A DNA stretch of 64,000 bases from Oculina patagonica (Eukaryota), in the NCBI RefSeq assembly GCF_052425735.1, contig NC_135760.1, forward strand, positions 25,296,001 through 25,360,000, given 5' to 3'. Every line of letters starts with the position of its first letter. The first letter of the stretch is position 1. Positions 49,981 through 63,845 of the stretch are shown here, in pieces. The notes beneath the pieces are model-generated. The model was not told the DNA's origin. It saw nothing but the letters and a program-made list of their open reading frames with translations, and made no database searches. The position numbers and the translations under genes were made by a program.

Positions 49981-52899
49981 TACACATCAAAAGAAAAAGA
50001 TGAAGGGAATTATGTTTCAAAAGGGAATAATTCGATAAAAATTGAATGAGAACGTACTAGTTGAAACATATGTTTGTACACACGGACATTTTTGCGGCAG
50101 CTGATGACATTCACAAATTGTATTACGATAAATTTTGCGGCAAATCCGAACACCCAGATCGCCTGTGGCTCAAAATCAAGGAATATGCCTCGGAGAGAAT
50201 TTTTTGTGAGGGTGTTATCGAATCTATGTTTGAGTAGACTTGAGTAGACTAAACATAACAGCGTAGTCGTGATAATTATATAGGGTCATTTGCAAGTGAA
50301 TAAAGTTACTACGAATTTTTAATCAGATTCAGCTCCTATGCTAATTTCTTTCTTTGGCTTAGTTCAATTTTACCCATGCATATGTTATAATAGGCACCCA
50401 ATACCAGTGTTTTTTATTTCAGGGTGTGGTAAATATGCATTCAAGGCGATTTTTTGCATTTAAAAATAAGTTTCCCAGCTCGTTGTTTTTTATTGAAAAA
50501 TTCTCTTTTTGAAATAAATTTGACTATCTTGCTCTGACACACGTGGCAAATTTAAGCACGGAAATCTATTTTTCTCTTTGTGTCACTCCCTGTATGAACA
50601 GCCGAAACTTTAACAAAATGGTTGTTGTTATTATTATTAAATAAAATTGACAGTTAAGGTTGGTGGTTTCTTTAGGACGTATATTAAACATGGACCCAGG
50701 TGGGGTGGCGGTACTGGGACCATCCCTTATGCGTAAAGGTTTGTCTGGGGACAGAGTGTAATACACAGACTCACTGATCGTACTATCTATATAATCGAGG
50801 CTTGTTTTGCTGTCGGAGTAGCAAGGGCATGTGATGATTTAGCGTTTTCCTCACGGATTTCGCTCAGTATTATTTTTTAACCATTTCATCCCATAGCAAG
50901 TACAACAGGAAGGAACAGACTGTTATTGTTATTTTGGGATGCAGAAGATTAAGCGCTTTTCGTTTGGACTCGTTGCATGCATGTGACGCATGTGAAGTCA
51001 AGAAATGCTGATAATTGAAGCCTGCCTAATCGGGTGTAAACAAATACGTGTACGTACAAGCTACAATCTACAGCTCAGAAACGTGTACGACGAAAATCAG
51101 GCCCAGGGGTGGTCCATCAGGTGGTCCATGGACTGGGTCCTCAGGGGTGACCCGTGGAGCTGTCCATTGTCCAGGTCCACAAAGGTATCGTTCATGGACC
51201 AGGTCTATAGGGTGGTCTATTGACCGGGTCCACGGTCCATGAGGTGTCCGTGGACCGGGTCCACAGGGGTGGTCCATGAAGCTGGGTACTTGTTAGATAT
51301 ACCTCCTTCCCATATGGTCGTTGGCGATCGGTTGGGAACGTGAGGGAATTCAAAAGCTGGACCCACTTTAAGCAAGTTAACATTATCATTTGATGCATAA
51401 ACTATTTGATGCTAAAAACTACACTGATCGTCAGTGTTCAATATGATTATATGAAAATAATAATAATAATTTAATACTTATTTGGCGCAAATTAGCATGT
51501 GAATATGATCAAATGCGCCTAAACAACACAGTTAAATTATAAGTGAACTATTTCACGACTGTACTGAAGACCGGACCTCTTCCATGAACTTGTTGAACAT
51601 TTTAAGATTTTCCCATAACTGAACCAGTTCATAAATATTAATACACAGTTATTGATCAGGTTAAAAATTAATCAAATACGGATTGTATGCAATAGACGAC
51701 GCATACATTTGTTTTCAGCGAATCCTACGTTGATCACCTTTCGTTCGATCCCACGTTTTACCTTAGTAGTATGTCGGGCGAATTAGTGTTCCTACTCTAA
51801 ATTCTGATTGGTCAGTTCCTGAACTTCATAGTTAAAGGCGTACCATCATCACGATTAAAAAATTATAAAAAATTAAAAACGCTAACAGAAGAAAGTGAAA
51901 AAACCTGTTATTGTACAAGTTGATCAGTAAAAAATGCAGCTATAAGAACTGTCCGTTTTTGATATTAAACTGTATACAATTAGGTTCTTCGCTAAAGCAG
52001 ATCGACGTTTTAATTAAATGTCTCCCTTAAAATGTCAGTGTTGTTTTTTTGTTTTATGTTTTTGATTTTACAGAAGCATGGATTGATCTTTATTTTTACA
52101 AGTCTTTTTCATGTTAATCCCTTCATTTAAATATTAATTGGAGCGTTGCAGTTCTGCTTCGCCTTGTCAAATTACTCGTCAAAGGAGTGTGAAATAATTA
52201 GCCAAAACATAATCCTATTAACAGGAAAGATATAGTTAATTCGTGCGCGGTTTAATATCTGGTCGTTATAATATGACCGTGGGGCAAAGTGTCTCAGACC
52301 AAAGACATTCAAAAGAGAAATATGACAAATACTAATGGGTCCTAATGGAAAACTCACAGTTAAAAACATAAGAACTAATTATTGTAAATTGTTCGGCAGA
52401 AAAGTTGACGAATACGATGTTTACATGGCTTGGCTCCACGTCAACTTGCCGCATACAGGGAATTAGAACTAATTATACCTGATTATGCAGATAAAACTAA
52501 GCACGTTTATTGAACGTTTTCTACTTTTGTTGTGTTGTTGGGCTTCGCTGCTGCAACTTGCCGTGTCTTCACTTTCCGTGTTCTTTATAAACGCCTCGTG
52601 TTTTTCAACTTCCAGCGGTGCGCCTGCCGGCACAAAGTAACCTTCAAACACATACTTGTTGCAGCTTGCCCAGCAGTCTAGCCCATGCATGAGTATCGCT
52701 GTTAAATAAAACAATACCCTTATCATTTCCTTTGTTTATAAAAGGCACCCAGCCGTCTATCATACATCAACGCAACCTTTTTTAAAAAAATCTGGTCCCG
52801 GATGCCGCCTCGTCAACTCACTGGTAACTCGTTACATGAAAAGACTTCCTGTCATGATAAAACTGGTGCTTTTAAGAGCTAGCTTCTCGTAAAGGAAAG

Positions 52900-53823
52900 A
52901 TGTCCAACTCCACTAGAAATAGTCAAACGCTTGAAGAATTTATATGTTCTACAAATCCAGACGATAAGCCTGCAGTGATATTCCTTTCAGCATTTAACTT
53001 TCTTTTTTCTATCGTTGCCTCCATTGGTAATATTTTGATTCTGACTGCCCTTCAAAAGCCGTCGACTTCTCTCCATCCTCCATCGAAAGTTCTGCTGCGT
53101 TGTCTAGCTACATCGGATCTCTGTGTTGGTATCATTTTACAACCACTGGTCGCCATCCTGTTTGTTTCTGTTGCAAACGAAAATTGGACTCTGTGTGGCC
53201 CCATCTTAGGCATAAGCTTTCTGTTAGGTGTAGTTCTCTTCGGGGTGTCTCTATTGACATTAACGGCAGTGAGTGTGGAAAGGCTTCTCGCTTTGTTGTT
53301 GGGGTTACGTTTTCGACAAGTTGTAACTGTTAGGCGAACTCTCGCTGTTACAGTTTGTTTTTGGGTCATAAATTTTGCTATCGCTGCCTGGTGTGTTTGG
53401 AATTATTTTGTCTTTCTGTGGTACGGATGTGTGCTGATACTTACATGTGTATTAACCTCTACCTTCACTTACACCAAGATCTATGCCGATCTTCGCCGTC
53501 ACCAAACAAGAGTGCAAGACCAATCTTCCCAAACACAACAAGGGGAAGCTCCACTGAACATTGCTCGATACAGAAAGACTCTTTCTAGTTCGCTGTGGAT
53601 ACAGTTTACTTTACTGGCGTGTTATCTTCCGTATTGTGTTGTAACAGCATTAGCAACCTTCACCGGTTTAACGCCGCCTCTCGTCCTGGGCTGGAGGTTT
53701 ACAACATCAGTTGTTTTCCTCAACTCGTCTTTGAACCCTTTCCTTTAGTGTTGGAAGATCGCAGAAGTGAGACAAGCGGTGGAAGACACAGTCAAACAAC
53801 TGTTCTCTTGTTCGTCAAGTTAG
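52900..53823 (+). pseudogene. GPCR G5, premature stop at the NPxxY tyrosine (282 aa ORF)
   Basis: TAG at 53746-53748 replaces the Tyr of NPFLY; ancestral stop at 53821-53823; 6-bp in-frame deletion in ICL3. Confidence 0.82.
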
Positions 53824-55439
53824 ACATCGCGAAAATTGACATCGGGAGTCTTCCAAGTACAATTGTGTACGAGAAGAAGTATTTACATAATAAACACGTT
53901 AAATATTTTACCACTTCGGTGGAAACTCTGAAATAATACTATGCATGCAGAATAATTTGTGAAATAATTTCGCGTTGGGATCAGGTACGCACTTCAACCA
54001 GCAACAGCAACAGCAAATGAAATTGTATTTTGTTGGGAAGTCTCGACATTGGAAAAAGCTAACAACAATCCTCCATTGCGCGCGAGTAATCTACAACGGC
54101 GATAAGTTTTATTTGGATCCCTTTTCCATGAAATAGTTTTAAATTACAATGATCGTGTGTGTAAGTAAGAAAACAGCTTTGTTCGTTTTGTGTTCTTTTG
54201 AAGATGGTATTATAAAGCGACTTGTAAAAGGGAACTAGTATACTAGTTAAATTCCGGAGAGAATCGACATTCTTGGGCTAAATGCTGCCATTATTCTCTA
54301 TACTTTAGTAAATAAAATAAAGAAATGCAAATCAGCTTGCATTAAATTTAACTGTATGTCACGTCGCAAAAATTCGCTTAAAAAATCGTTTTTTTGTTAA
54401 ATGACTCATTAAGAATATGGAACTCTAGGTTACATCTGTAAGCAATATCATAGGGCAAATGTTTACTATTTCTGATATTCTTGCTTTTCTAGCAGCGAAA
54501 CATATGTTAGAATTGAAATTTAAAAATGAGATAAAATCTGATAGAGGATGTTTTCATATTAGTAATATAAATGCTAATCAGACTATGTTAAAAGCAGATG
54601 ATGGTTCAAAGAAAAAGTAAACTTTTTAATAAGGACCCTTCATGCCTTCATGACATGCAATACTAAGAGATCGCATGTTGAGAAAAGGTTTACCAATAAG
54701 ATTAGAGATAACTCTGAGAATGAATTACTGAACAGGAAATGTTCTAGTCGCCAGCCAATCATATTGTTGCTCTCTTCCAAAACACATCTGTAATTTAAAA
54801 TATTTCTGTTAATAATTTTTCTCTCAGTTTATTCAGGCTATTAGTTTTTTGTTATGATTTTCTACCTGTAAAAGCATGGAATAAATATGAACGGTTTTAC
54901 TAAACGAAGCAGATGTTCTCCCGCTCTTTGTTCTACTTGTTAAACTAGCAGATGCCTAACATGTAAATACTACTTAATAATATTATCAGCGGCACACATG
55001 TCAAGAGAAAAAGTTGAAAGACATTATTTTCCAAAAGGAAATAATTCGATGTTGATAAAAATGGAATGAGATCTAGAAGGTGCATGTTGAAACATGTGTC
55101 ATTTTTTTTTTGTTTAAGATTCTAAAATTAAAAATCCTTAATTTTGAACCTTGCTTAACCAAAACTACCAAAACTAAAATACGAAAAAAGGACGACTAAA
55201 AGTACCTTCAGAGAAAACTATATAATCAATATTTGAAAAATATTCAAAGGTGCAACGCCTGGGATAGCGTTAACTGAACATTTTAGCAACATTTTTCCAG
55301 TACGCCTTTCCCAATCTGTCAAAATCTTCACGAATCTTGACCATCTTAAGCTTGGCTCTTTGCTTTGTCATGAAACATTTAGCAAGTTTTGCAAACGACA
55401 TCATTTTATGCGCCTCTAATCTTTATACGGTAATTTCTG

Positions 55440-57496
55440 TCACACAATGTTAACATTATCATTTTGCTCCCTTTCCTTGTCACCATTTCTCAAAAAGCCA
55501 ACAGCATTGGCATCTACGCATGCGCGGTACCCTTCACAGTGATACGCCGAGAACATCCGGGATGTGAAGAACTGATTAGCAGTGCTGTGCTGTGGAAAGA
55601 CGTTACAACATATCTTGGACAACCCCTGACAAGCTTGTCGGTGACAGCACTCGCAGCAACAGAGAGTCAAGTTATTGACTTCGGCTTGTGTAAAAAACAC
55701 GCCGTCGGGTGCATCGAAAGGATACAAATTGGTCGAACGATTTCCATCCATTCTGTCATTTACGCCATGTTGCGGATCTCTTGGTACGATTAGTAGAATT
55801 TCTCCTTCGCCTTCTTCACCGAATTCATCGCTTTGGTAACGAACCTTGAATCTGAAAAAGCAACAAAAGGAGAATTTACAACCGGGATAATTTCAAGGCT
55901 ATTTAAATATTCTGTACTCTGCATTGATATCGGAGAACATTTAAGCAGGATGAAGAGAAAGAAAGCGTGCGTTTTACTTGTTTTCTGCTCCTTTTTTCGA
56001 CTATTTTGCTTGTTAAAGTAAAATAGTAAGACTTGTGGACAATGAAGTCACTCTCTTACCGAATTCTTGGTAACTCTCAAGGAACTGTTTTAATTTCTCA
56101 AGGGAATACTTTTCGCTGTGGGTGATAAAAACGTCACTCAATAGGAATGCATCAGCACTTCCGATCCCGAATTGTTACAAGGCGGGCAATTTCGATGGCC
56201 TTGTCCGTGTCGAGACTACAGTCTATTTTTTTTTTCGATTTTCACGCGTCGCTCGTCATCTAGCCTTGCAAATTAAAGGTTGGTATTTTTCAAAGATCTC
56301 TGCCATTCATCGATTGAATCGCTTAGTTTTATCATGCCTGTGTTTATATGACGTTAAATGATGCAAAATATTAATATGCATTTCCACAATTTTCCAGCGA
56401 CACATTGCATGGGAAACATAACTGTGCTATGACGCTACCATGATCATGGTTGGTTTAGTTATGGTGACGAACCTAGTAAGAATAAATTTTAAAATCATAT
56501 AATTTTAATTTTGAGTATTACTTTAACGTATACATAGTACTGTTAATTATACTACACATGGTGGCTGAAATAAGTTGAACTGTCATCTGGTGATGCTGGA
56601 CAGTAAAATTGTCGGCCATGAATTGAACGAGCATGGACTGAAATTGTCCAACATCCTGAAAATATTTTAAAATTTGACCTTTGTACTCTTGGATATGGAA
56701 GCCGGGTTAATTGCCTGTACATAGAGATTAACTAGAATACGTTTCTTTAAGTGGAAAACTTCATTAAGATTTACACGTGATTGTCAGGTTGCCTGTAAAC
56801 TCCATTTAGCCACGAGTGTACTTCTCGTAAACGGGTATGGCAACCTTCTAATTCGTGAACGTTATTCATGGGGTCCATTTGCGTACGTTTCCTCTAAAAC
56901 AACCTCCCGTATAAAGCTAAATTACAACTTATGCCAGCCTATCTCAATCCGTAAGCTAGTACTTGAAATTGGTTTTATACAAGCGTATTCTTTTACGGGA
57001 AGAGTGACGTACCCGATACCTCATACCCACCTTACCCTACTATACTACTTTCATTTCAAGTAGTGCTACTTGAGACCATAGTTAGAAGAGAGGACTAACT
57101 ATGTTTAGCAGATGCAAAATCGCCAAAGCAAAAAGAGAAAGAACTACAAACTTGTAATAACGCTGCTTTCCTCCTGTTTTTGGTCTCACAAACTTCTCCA
57201 AGAGGTCGAAAATGATGTCTTGGCCGTCTTCACTTAGAAACGAACAGTTTAGCTTGGTACAAGCAAGCATCAGTGCATTCAAAAGGTTGTCTCCGTAGTA
57301 TTGGTCGTCATGCTTATAACCAGCGTCAACAACAACAATCCTTCGTAGCCTTCTCTTTAACAGCGGTAAAATAGCAAGGTTTTCAATAAGGCCTCCATCG
57401 CTAAGCAGCAGTATTGGTGGCGGCATTGGGCCAGTGTTTTCATTGGAAAACATTTCTCTCACGGAATAGACGAACGAAATGTGTACGATAAACCAC
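55440..57496 (-). pseudogene. Phospholipase copy E, exons 4-5 only
   Basis: Exon 4 at 57496-57152 (SDGGLIENL, VVVDAG substitutions) and exon 5 at 55851-55440. Intron-3-like remnant to ~57760, then unrelated sequence; exons 1-3 are not found in 57500-64000. Confidence 0.85.
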
Positions 57497-57810
57497 CTGA
57501 ATTTAAAAAAATAGCAATAATAACGTATATGCTCAGGATTTGCCTTCAGTGTATTTTGCATGTCATGTTGCGTCAATTATCATAGTTTTTTTTAGCGTGA
57601 ATGTCAAATGTCTGTTGAGCCAACGTAGTTCCAAGTGCCCTGGGAACCAGATTGCTCTCGAGCTTTAGAACTGAAGAGTGAAATCGAGATTACTCGAGCC
57701 TCCTTGAGGAAAGAAAACTAGTTCGATAAATCGAAAGTGCGAGTATCGGAGGTAAAAGTGCAGATATTTCTTAGTGTATGATAAATTGTCAGGCTGTCAA
57801 GCATCTTTAA

Positions 57811-58369
57811 TCCTATTCAAACCGGGCTTTTTTGGACCTTCTAAGACCAGGGAAGGGGGGCTTCGGAAGCCCCCCCCCCCCATGTAACTTCCAGAATATT
57901 TAAGCAATCACCATGAAAATTATGGGATGTATTGTATGTCCGAAACTCTTTCTTTTGGTATACGTCACGTGGGATAGTGACGTCACATCACGTGACAATT
58001 ACATCATGATGTCAAAACAGCCGCCAATTTTTCCAAAATGCCAGAAAACCACCCAAAATCACTGCTAAGTACTCAAAATAAATAAAAATGTGCTTTAAAC
58101 CCGTAAAAATGTAAAAATAATGCCATTTAAGTTGATTTTCATTCACAGAAACACGCAAAATTACAAATTTGGGAAAACATGCCTGTCAAAATGCCGTTGC
58201 CATGTTGATGTCAAGTTCCTGACACATCATCCAGTCCTACCAAATTGTTGCCAGATAAATTTTAGGAAAACTCAGAAAGTTTGGCAGCGTTTGGTTAAAT
58301 CTTAAAAAAGTTATAAAACTTCAAAGTCAGCGCGGGCCTCAAAAGCCCCCCCCCCCGGTCTGAATAGGG
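57811..58369. mobile_element. piggyBac-like MITE with TTAA TSD
   Basis: TTAA|tcctattcaaaccggg ... ccggtctgaataggg|TTAA. Confidence 0.8.
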
Positions 58370-60179
58370 TTAAAATCTACCCACAACCACGCAAACACCC
58401 ACGTAAGACATATCTTATGTTCATGTGCTAACCACGTCCTTTAATTTAGGCCTCTCTCATAAAAAAATACTGCATCTGCAAGTAACATATTTCAAATATG
58501 GATTGTGGTCTATCAAATGAGCCGCATCATAGAGTTGGAGTTTATATTAACTTTCTTCTCCTAAGGACTAACAGGATTCTTCCTGATGGGGTGATAGATG
58601 ATTTCCATGGGGTGGTAAATGGACCACCCCGAACTTTCGAAACCAAATTGTACGTGTCAGCGTAAAGGTTAGTCTGGGGACAGGGTATAACACACAGACT
58701 TATGCCATTGAATATTCGATCACTTCGCACTATCTATGTAATTGAGGCTTGTTTTGCTGCCGGAGTAACGATGGGGCGGCAAGCGCATGTGAAGCTTTAG
58801 CGTTTTCCTCACAGATTTCGCTCAGTATTATTTTTGCAACGAGTTCATTCCATAGCAAGTACAACGGGAAGGACTAGACTATTATTGTTATAATGAGATG
58901 CAGAAGATATAGCGCTCTTCGTTTGGATTCGTTGTATACAAAGTTTAGCTTTGAAATAAATATGAAGTCAAGAAAAGGTGATAAAACGCAGCCTGCCTTA
59001 TGGAGGGTTAACGAACACGTCCATGGACTGGGTCCTCCGGGGTGACCCGTGGAGCTAGGAGTATGGCTCCTATCCTAAATTCTGATTGGTCATTTCGTAA
59101 ACTTCATAATTAATGGCGTGCCATCATCATGATTAAAAAACTAAAAATAATTAAACGCTGACAGAAAAGTGAACCGACCCGTAATTGTCCAGGTTTGTCA
59201 GTAAAAAAAGCGGTTAAAGAACAATTGATAACTGACCGCATATAATTTGTTTCTTCGCCAAAGCAGATAGACGTTTTAATAAAATACCTCCCTTAAGAAA
59301 ATAATATCAGTCTTGCATGGGTTTTTTCCTTATGTTTTTGGTTTTACTTAAGCATCGTTTGATGTTTATTTTTACTCGACTGCGGTTATTTTTAATCCCT
59401 TCATTTACATATTAATTGTAGCAGTCGTATTTCTGTTAGCCTTGTCAAATTACTCGTCAAAGAACTTAAAAGCTATGAAAAAATCATAATCAGCCACAAG
59501 GTAATTTTATAAACAGGAAAGATAAAGTTAATTCGTACGCGGTTTAATATCTAGCAGTTATAATCTGCCCGTGTGGCAAAGTGTCCACACCAAAGACAGT
59601 CACAAGAGAAATATGTCAAATCCTAATGGGTCATTATGGAAAACTCACAGTTAAAACGTCAGAACTGATTGCTGCAAATTGTTCTCGGGTACGTTGAAGA
59701 GTACGATGTTTACATGGCTTGGCTTAACGTCAACTCACTGCATACAGGGAATTAAAACTAATTATACCTGATTATGCAGATACGCAAGCACGTTTTAGGC
59801 GGGGTTTTACGTGGAGGCCGTTTTTCCAACGCTTAATACGGGTTTAACAGAAATATCTCGTTCGCGTTTCAAGGAATCCGAAAACGCTTCACTCATCCCT
59901 TATATCTATGTTTTGCTGTATTTTGTAAACTTTGGGTGATTTTTGAGGATTTTGGGGAGGAGATAGTTTTTCTTAAAAGATTGATTAAATTTAGAGAAAT
60001 AACAAATATTGGAGATTTAAGGTGATTTTAAAATTAGAATACCGGTATGTAGTTAAAAATTGATAGACGGACACCAGACAGTCCCACTGACAACCTGAAG
60101 TGCTCTTGCGTGGGGGTCAACTGTCTAGTGATGTTTAATTTTTTTTCTTCTTCAATCTCTTCTTTAAACCTCTTGAAAC

Positions 60180-62270
60180 TTTATTAATTGTTTTTTCTGT
60201 GTGTTTGTAGCTTTGACCGTTTGTTTAGTTTTATAGTCTAGCCAACTCCATTTGACATGAAATAAATTTAGTTCGCCAAGATTGACCATCTTTTTTGTAG
60301 TAATTTGCGACACAAATCTCTAAGCTTTTTTCGGGGTAATATGCAAGTTCATTCAGTTCTTTCATAACATCCAAGATCCATGAATAGTATATTTAAATTT
60401 TAAAACTCTTACTAGTTCTATTTATAGGCTATTGCTCCAGCCTTTTTTATCGAAATGAAGCTAAGTAAATGGCTCAAGCCTACCGTCATATCAAACATGT
60501 TCTGTTTATTAAAATTATTTGTCTCCTCTGTTTCAGTGGCATGCTTGGAAACTAGCTATCTCGAAGCTAAGTGCATGACCACTTAATTAAAACAACACTT
60601 TTTAAGTGTGAAAACACTTTACATTTACAAACAAGGATAAGGTAGTCACACACATGAAAAAATAGTATGGTATCTCAGGTAAAGCGGTAAATACAATACG
60701 TTTTTCTCAAAGAAGAGGCCTTTAAATAAAAAAACCTATTTAAGACTTACCCACAAACAATGAAGGTAACAAGCGGTTTTCCAATGTGTTATAAATGTTG
60801 TCTTTTGAAGGAAACCTGCGTTCAAATCGAGGCAAGCTAGAGTCTCATATTTCACCTTGTGACGTATGTAGTTGAATTCTTATTTCCGAATTAAATAGCT
60901 TCAAACATACAGTTCCAATATTCGCACCCTTTGATGAAAAAAATTCAGCCTCAGTGTTTAATTCTGAGATTTTAACGTCCTTTATCGCAAGCCGTTCGCA
61001 CAGATCAATTTGAGCACCTTAACGCAACAATCTTAACTGTAAAAGTAACCTTAACAAAATATGGCCCCTCCTTTACAATAGTAGGGATAAAGGATAAACA
61101 GCAACCAAACAGCAGACTGCATAGATACATAAGTATTAAAGTAGTGTTGGTAGTAAATAAATTTTCTTTTAGAACAAAATGGTCAATTTATCAAACTATG
61201 TTTCCTTTGGTACAGCAAGATTACTTCAGTTTTACTGTTTGTGACGAGCGTTTCTCAAAAGAACATGGCGACCAAATACTGCCCCCCCCCCCCCCCCCTA
61301 TTATATCCGTCCCAAAACCATCAAGGAAAAGAAAACAAGCGAAGGTTCTGAATTATTTCTTACACAACCGTGTGCTGAAATAAAAAAAATGCAATTGATA
61401 TGCTTAACTTTGATGTAAAAATATTGGACCGACAATAAAGCATTGTGATTGGCTGATTCCACTCAGCTGTAATGGGGAATTGAAAGGTCTTTTAGTCGAC
61501 GTCAGTCTCCCCAACGTTACGTCGTTATGGAATATAGAGACCTGTTCTGTTTTTTTTTTTATGTCTTGTTTTGGGTTTCTTATCGTTGTGTTTAAAGCGT
61601 TTCACCATGCGGTATTCTTGTTGTGCACCAAAGCATACTTAAACACAGTATCCTGTAAAGCTAGTAGAAACTCAAGGGTTTTTAAAATGCAAATTTCCAT
61701 CCGATAATAAGTGCCTCCATATTAAAACCCTGAAAGGGACGTTGAACAACTTAGCCCAGGGTTTCTTTTTCGGAATTTTATTGTACTTTCAAGATCGGCT
61801 TATAGCATCGTGCGACAACAACTCATGTGGAAACCTCAAGATAAGAGACGAAGAGGAGAGCCTATTAATTAACAGCTGGAGAAGGAATACGGAACATACC
61901 ATCAAGTACGTGCTAAAGATAACGAGGCAGTATTTGCGGAAGTCGAAGGTAAAAAATTCATACGTCATAAGTTGAAATATGACACGCTAGCTTGCCTCGA
62001 TTCAAACTAGGTTTGCGCGAAAAGGCTGCCGCACTTCTAACATCACCGGAAAACCGCTTCCAAACTTCAGTGTGAATGGGTAAGTAGATTTTCTTTTGAC
62101 TCGTTTCTTCTTTCAAAAGCCTCATGTATTGTAACAGTTTTCCCCGGGTTGATATTATTACGGTTGATGTAGGAAGGCACTGTATGCTCGTTTTATATCG
62201 GACGGCTGACCATTTACTTAGTTCATGCTGATCATTTCGATGGGTAAAACGAGCGATCGATAGTTCATGA
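60180..62270 (-). repeat. Inverted paralog of the B-C intergenic region (~28040-31180)
   Basis: For example, 61430-61720 is the reverse complement of ~28610-28905, and 60190-60330 of ~31060-31180; it lacks the 29686-30850 insert. Confidence 0.9.
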
Positions 62271-63577
62271 ATATAACAAGAACATTGAGAAGCTTGAGAA
62301 GCTTAAAATCGGGCGCTTTGCCTTGAAAGGCAGGGTTCAGTACAGCAGAAACCACGAAGCAGTTACTTAAGTAGCACTCAGTCCGACTGTGTTTGTGTAA
62401 GTCACAGGGCTTGCATGAGCTGTATTAGTGTGCATAATATAATATCTAGAACGTTGTCGAGATTGCATTATTACTTAATGACATGATGGTTTCAATTTAT
62501 AAATGTATCTCACAAAATACAAATAAACGATTGAAGTAGACGACTAGACAATGTAAAGTTTTAAGACTTAGCAAAGTGCAGTGTATTGGTAATACTGTAA
62601 GGTGCGGTTTCACCTGAAGGTCGTGTGCTTTTCGGTATTTTCCAGGCATTGCACTTTGATGGGACAGTACTACAACTGTTTACCGGGGAACTACTATTGT
62701 CAAGAAAATGATCACAACTTGTTGATGAATGATTGAACATTTGTTTCATACCATTACTGTAATAGCAATTGATGAAGGCTTTTAGTCCTGAACCAAAGTA
62801 TAAGGACTGGGAAATACTGAAACCCATTATCAGCCACCTTAAACGGAAATATCTTGTTGGTGTTTCAAGGAATCCAAGGAAACTTCACTCATCCCATGTA
62901 TCTATGTATTGCGGTATTTTGTAATTTTTTGAGTGATTTTTGGGGATGTTTGGCAGGTGATAGTTTTTTTAAAAGAATTAGTAAAATTTAGACAACTAAG
63001 AAATATTGAAAATTTAATGTGAATTTAACATTGGAATTTGAAGTTAGAAATTGGCAGACGGACACCAAACAGTCCCGTGACATCCTGGAGTGTTTTTGCA
63101 TGGGGGTCAACTGTGTGATGATGTTTCCATTTTTTTCTTCAATCCCCACTGATAAAGAACTGTTGTTGGTGTTATGTTGGTGTTATCACATGTCAAGCCT
63201 TTAACAAGGTATGAAAGAACACAAGGATTTAAATTATTCTGGTGCTCAATTTTTGCGTAACTAAAATTAATGTTACTCAAATTCCTGATGGATTCTGTCT
63301 TAAACTGTTACGAGCTTAGTATTTCCAAATTATTGCATGTCAATGTAAGGCAAGACAAGACATGCCTTGGTTCTTATGTAATTCTCTTAAAAACACCTAA
63401 GATATTGACTATAACTTTGTCTGTGCTATGGCAATTCACAGTGGGGTGGTCTTGATGTGTCTTTAACTTGTAGACTGGACTGGACTAGTAAAACGCGGAC
63501 TTGTAAAACGCCTCTAGACACTTCGAATTCCTTGGCCACAATCATCTTACGGCTCTCTTCAATACATAATGTCTCAA

Positions 63578-63845
63578 AAAAACAGTAACCTCAGAAAGAA
63601 GTCAGAAGCAAATAAGGTCGAAAGACCGAATTTGAACATATAACGGCAAATGTTCTAATGTCACGAACGTAGGAGTCGTGTAGGCCCGTCACCTTTATTT
63701 ACCACATACTGCCCCCAAATTAAAACAGTACCCTCAGAAAGAAGTCAGAAGCAAATAAGGTCGAAAGACCGAATTTAAACATTTAACGGCAAATATTCTA
63801 ATGTCACGAACGTAGGAGTCGTGTAGGCCCGTCACCTTTATTTAC
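63578..63845. repeat. Direct repeat, ~120 bp x2, period 143 bp
   Basis: ctcagaaagaagtcagaagcaaataaggtcgaaagaccg...gtcacctttatttac at ~63590 and ~63733. Confidence 0.9.
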
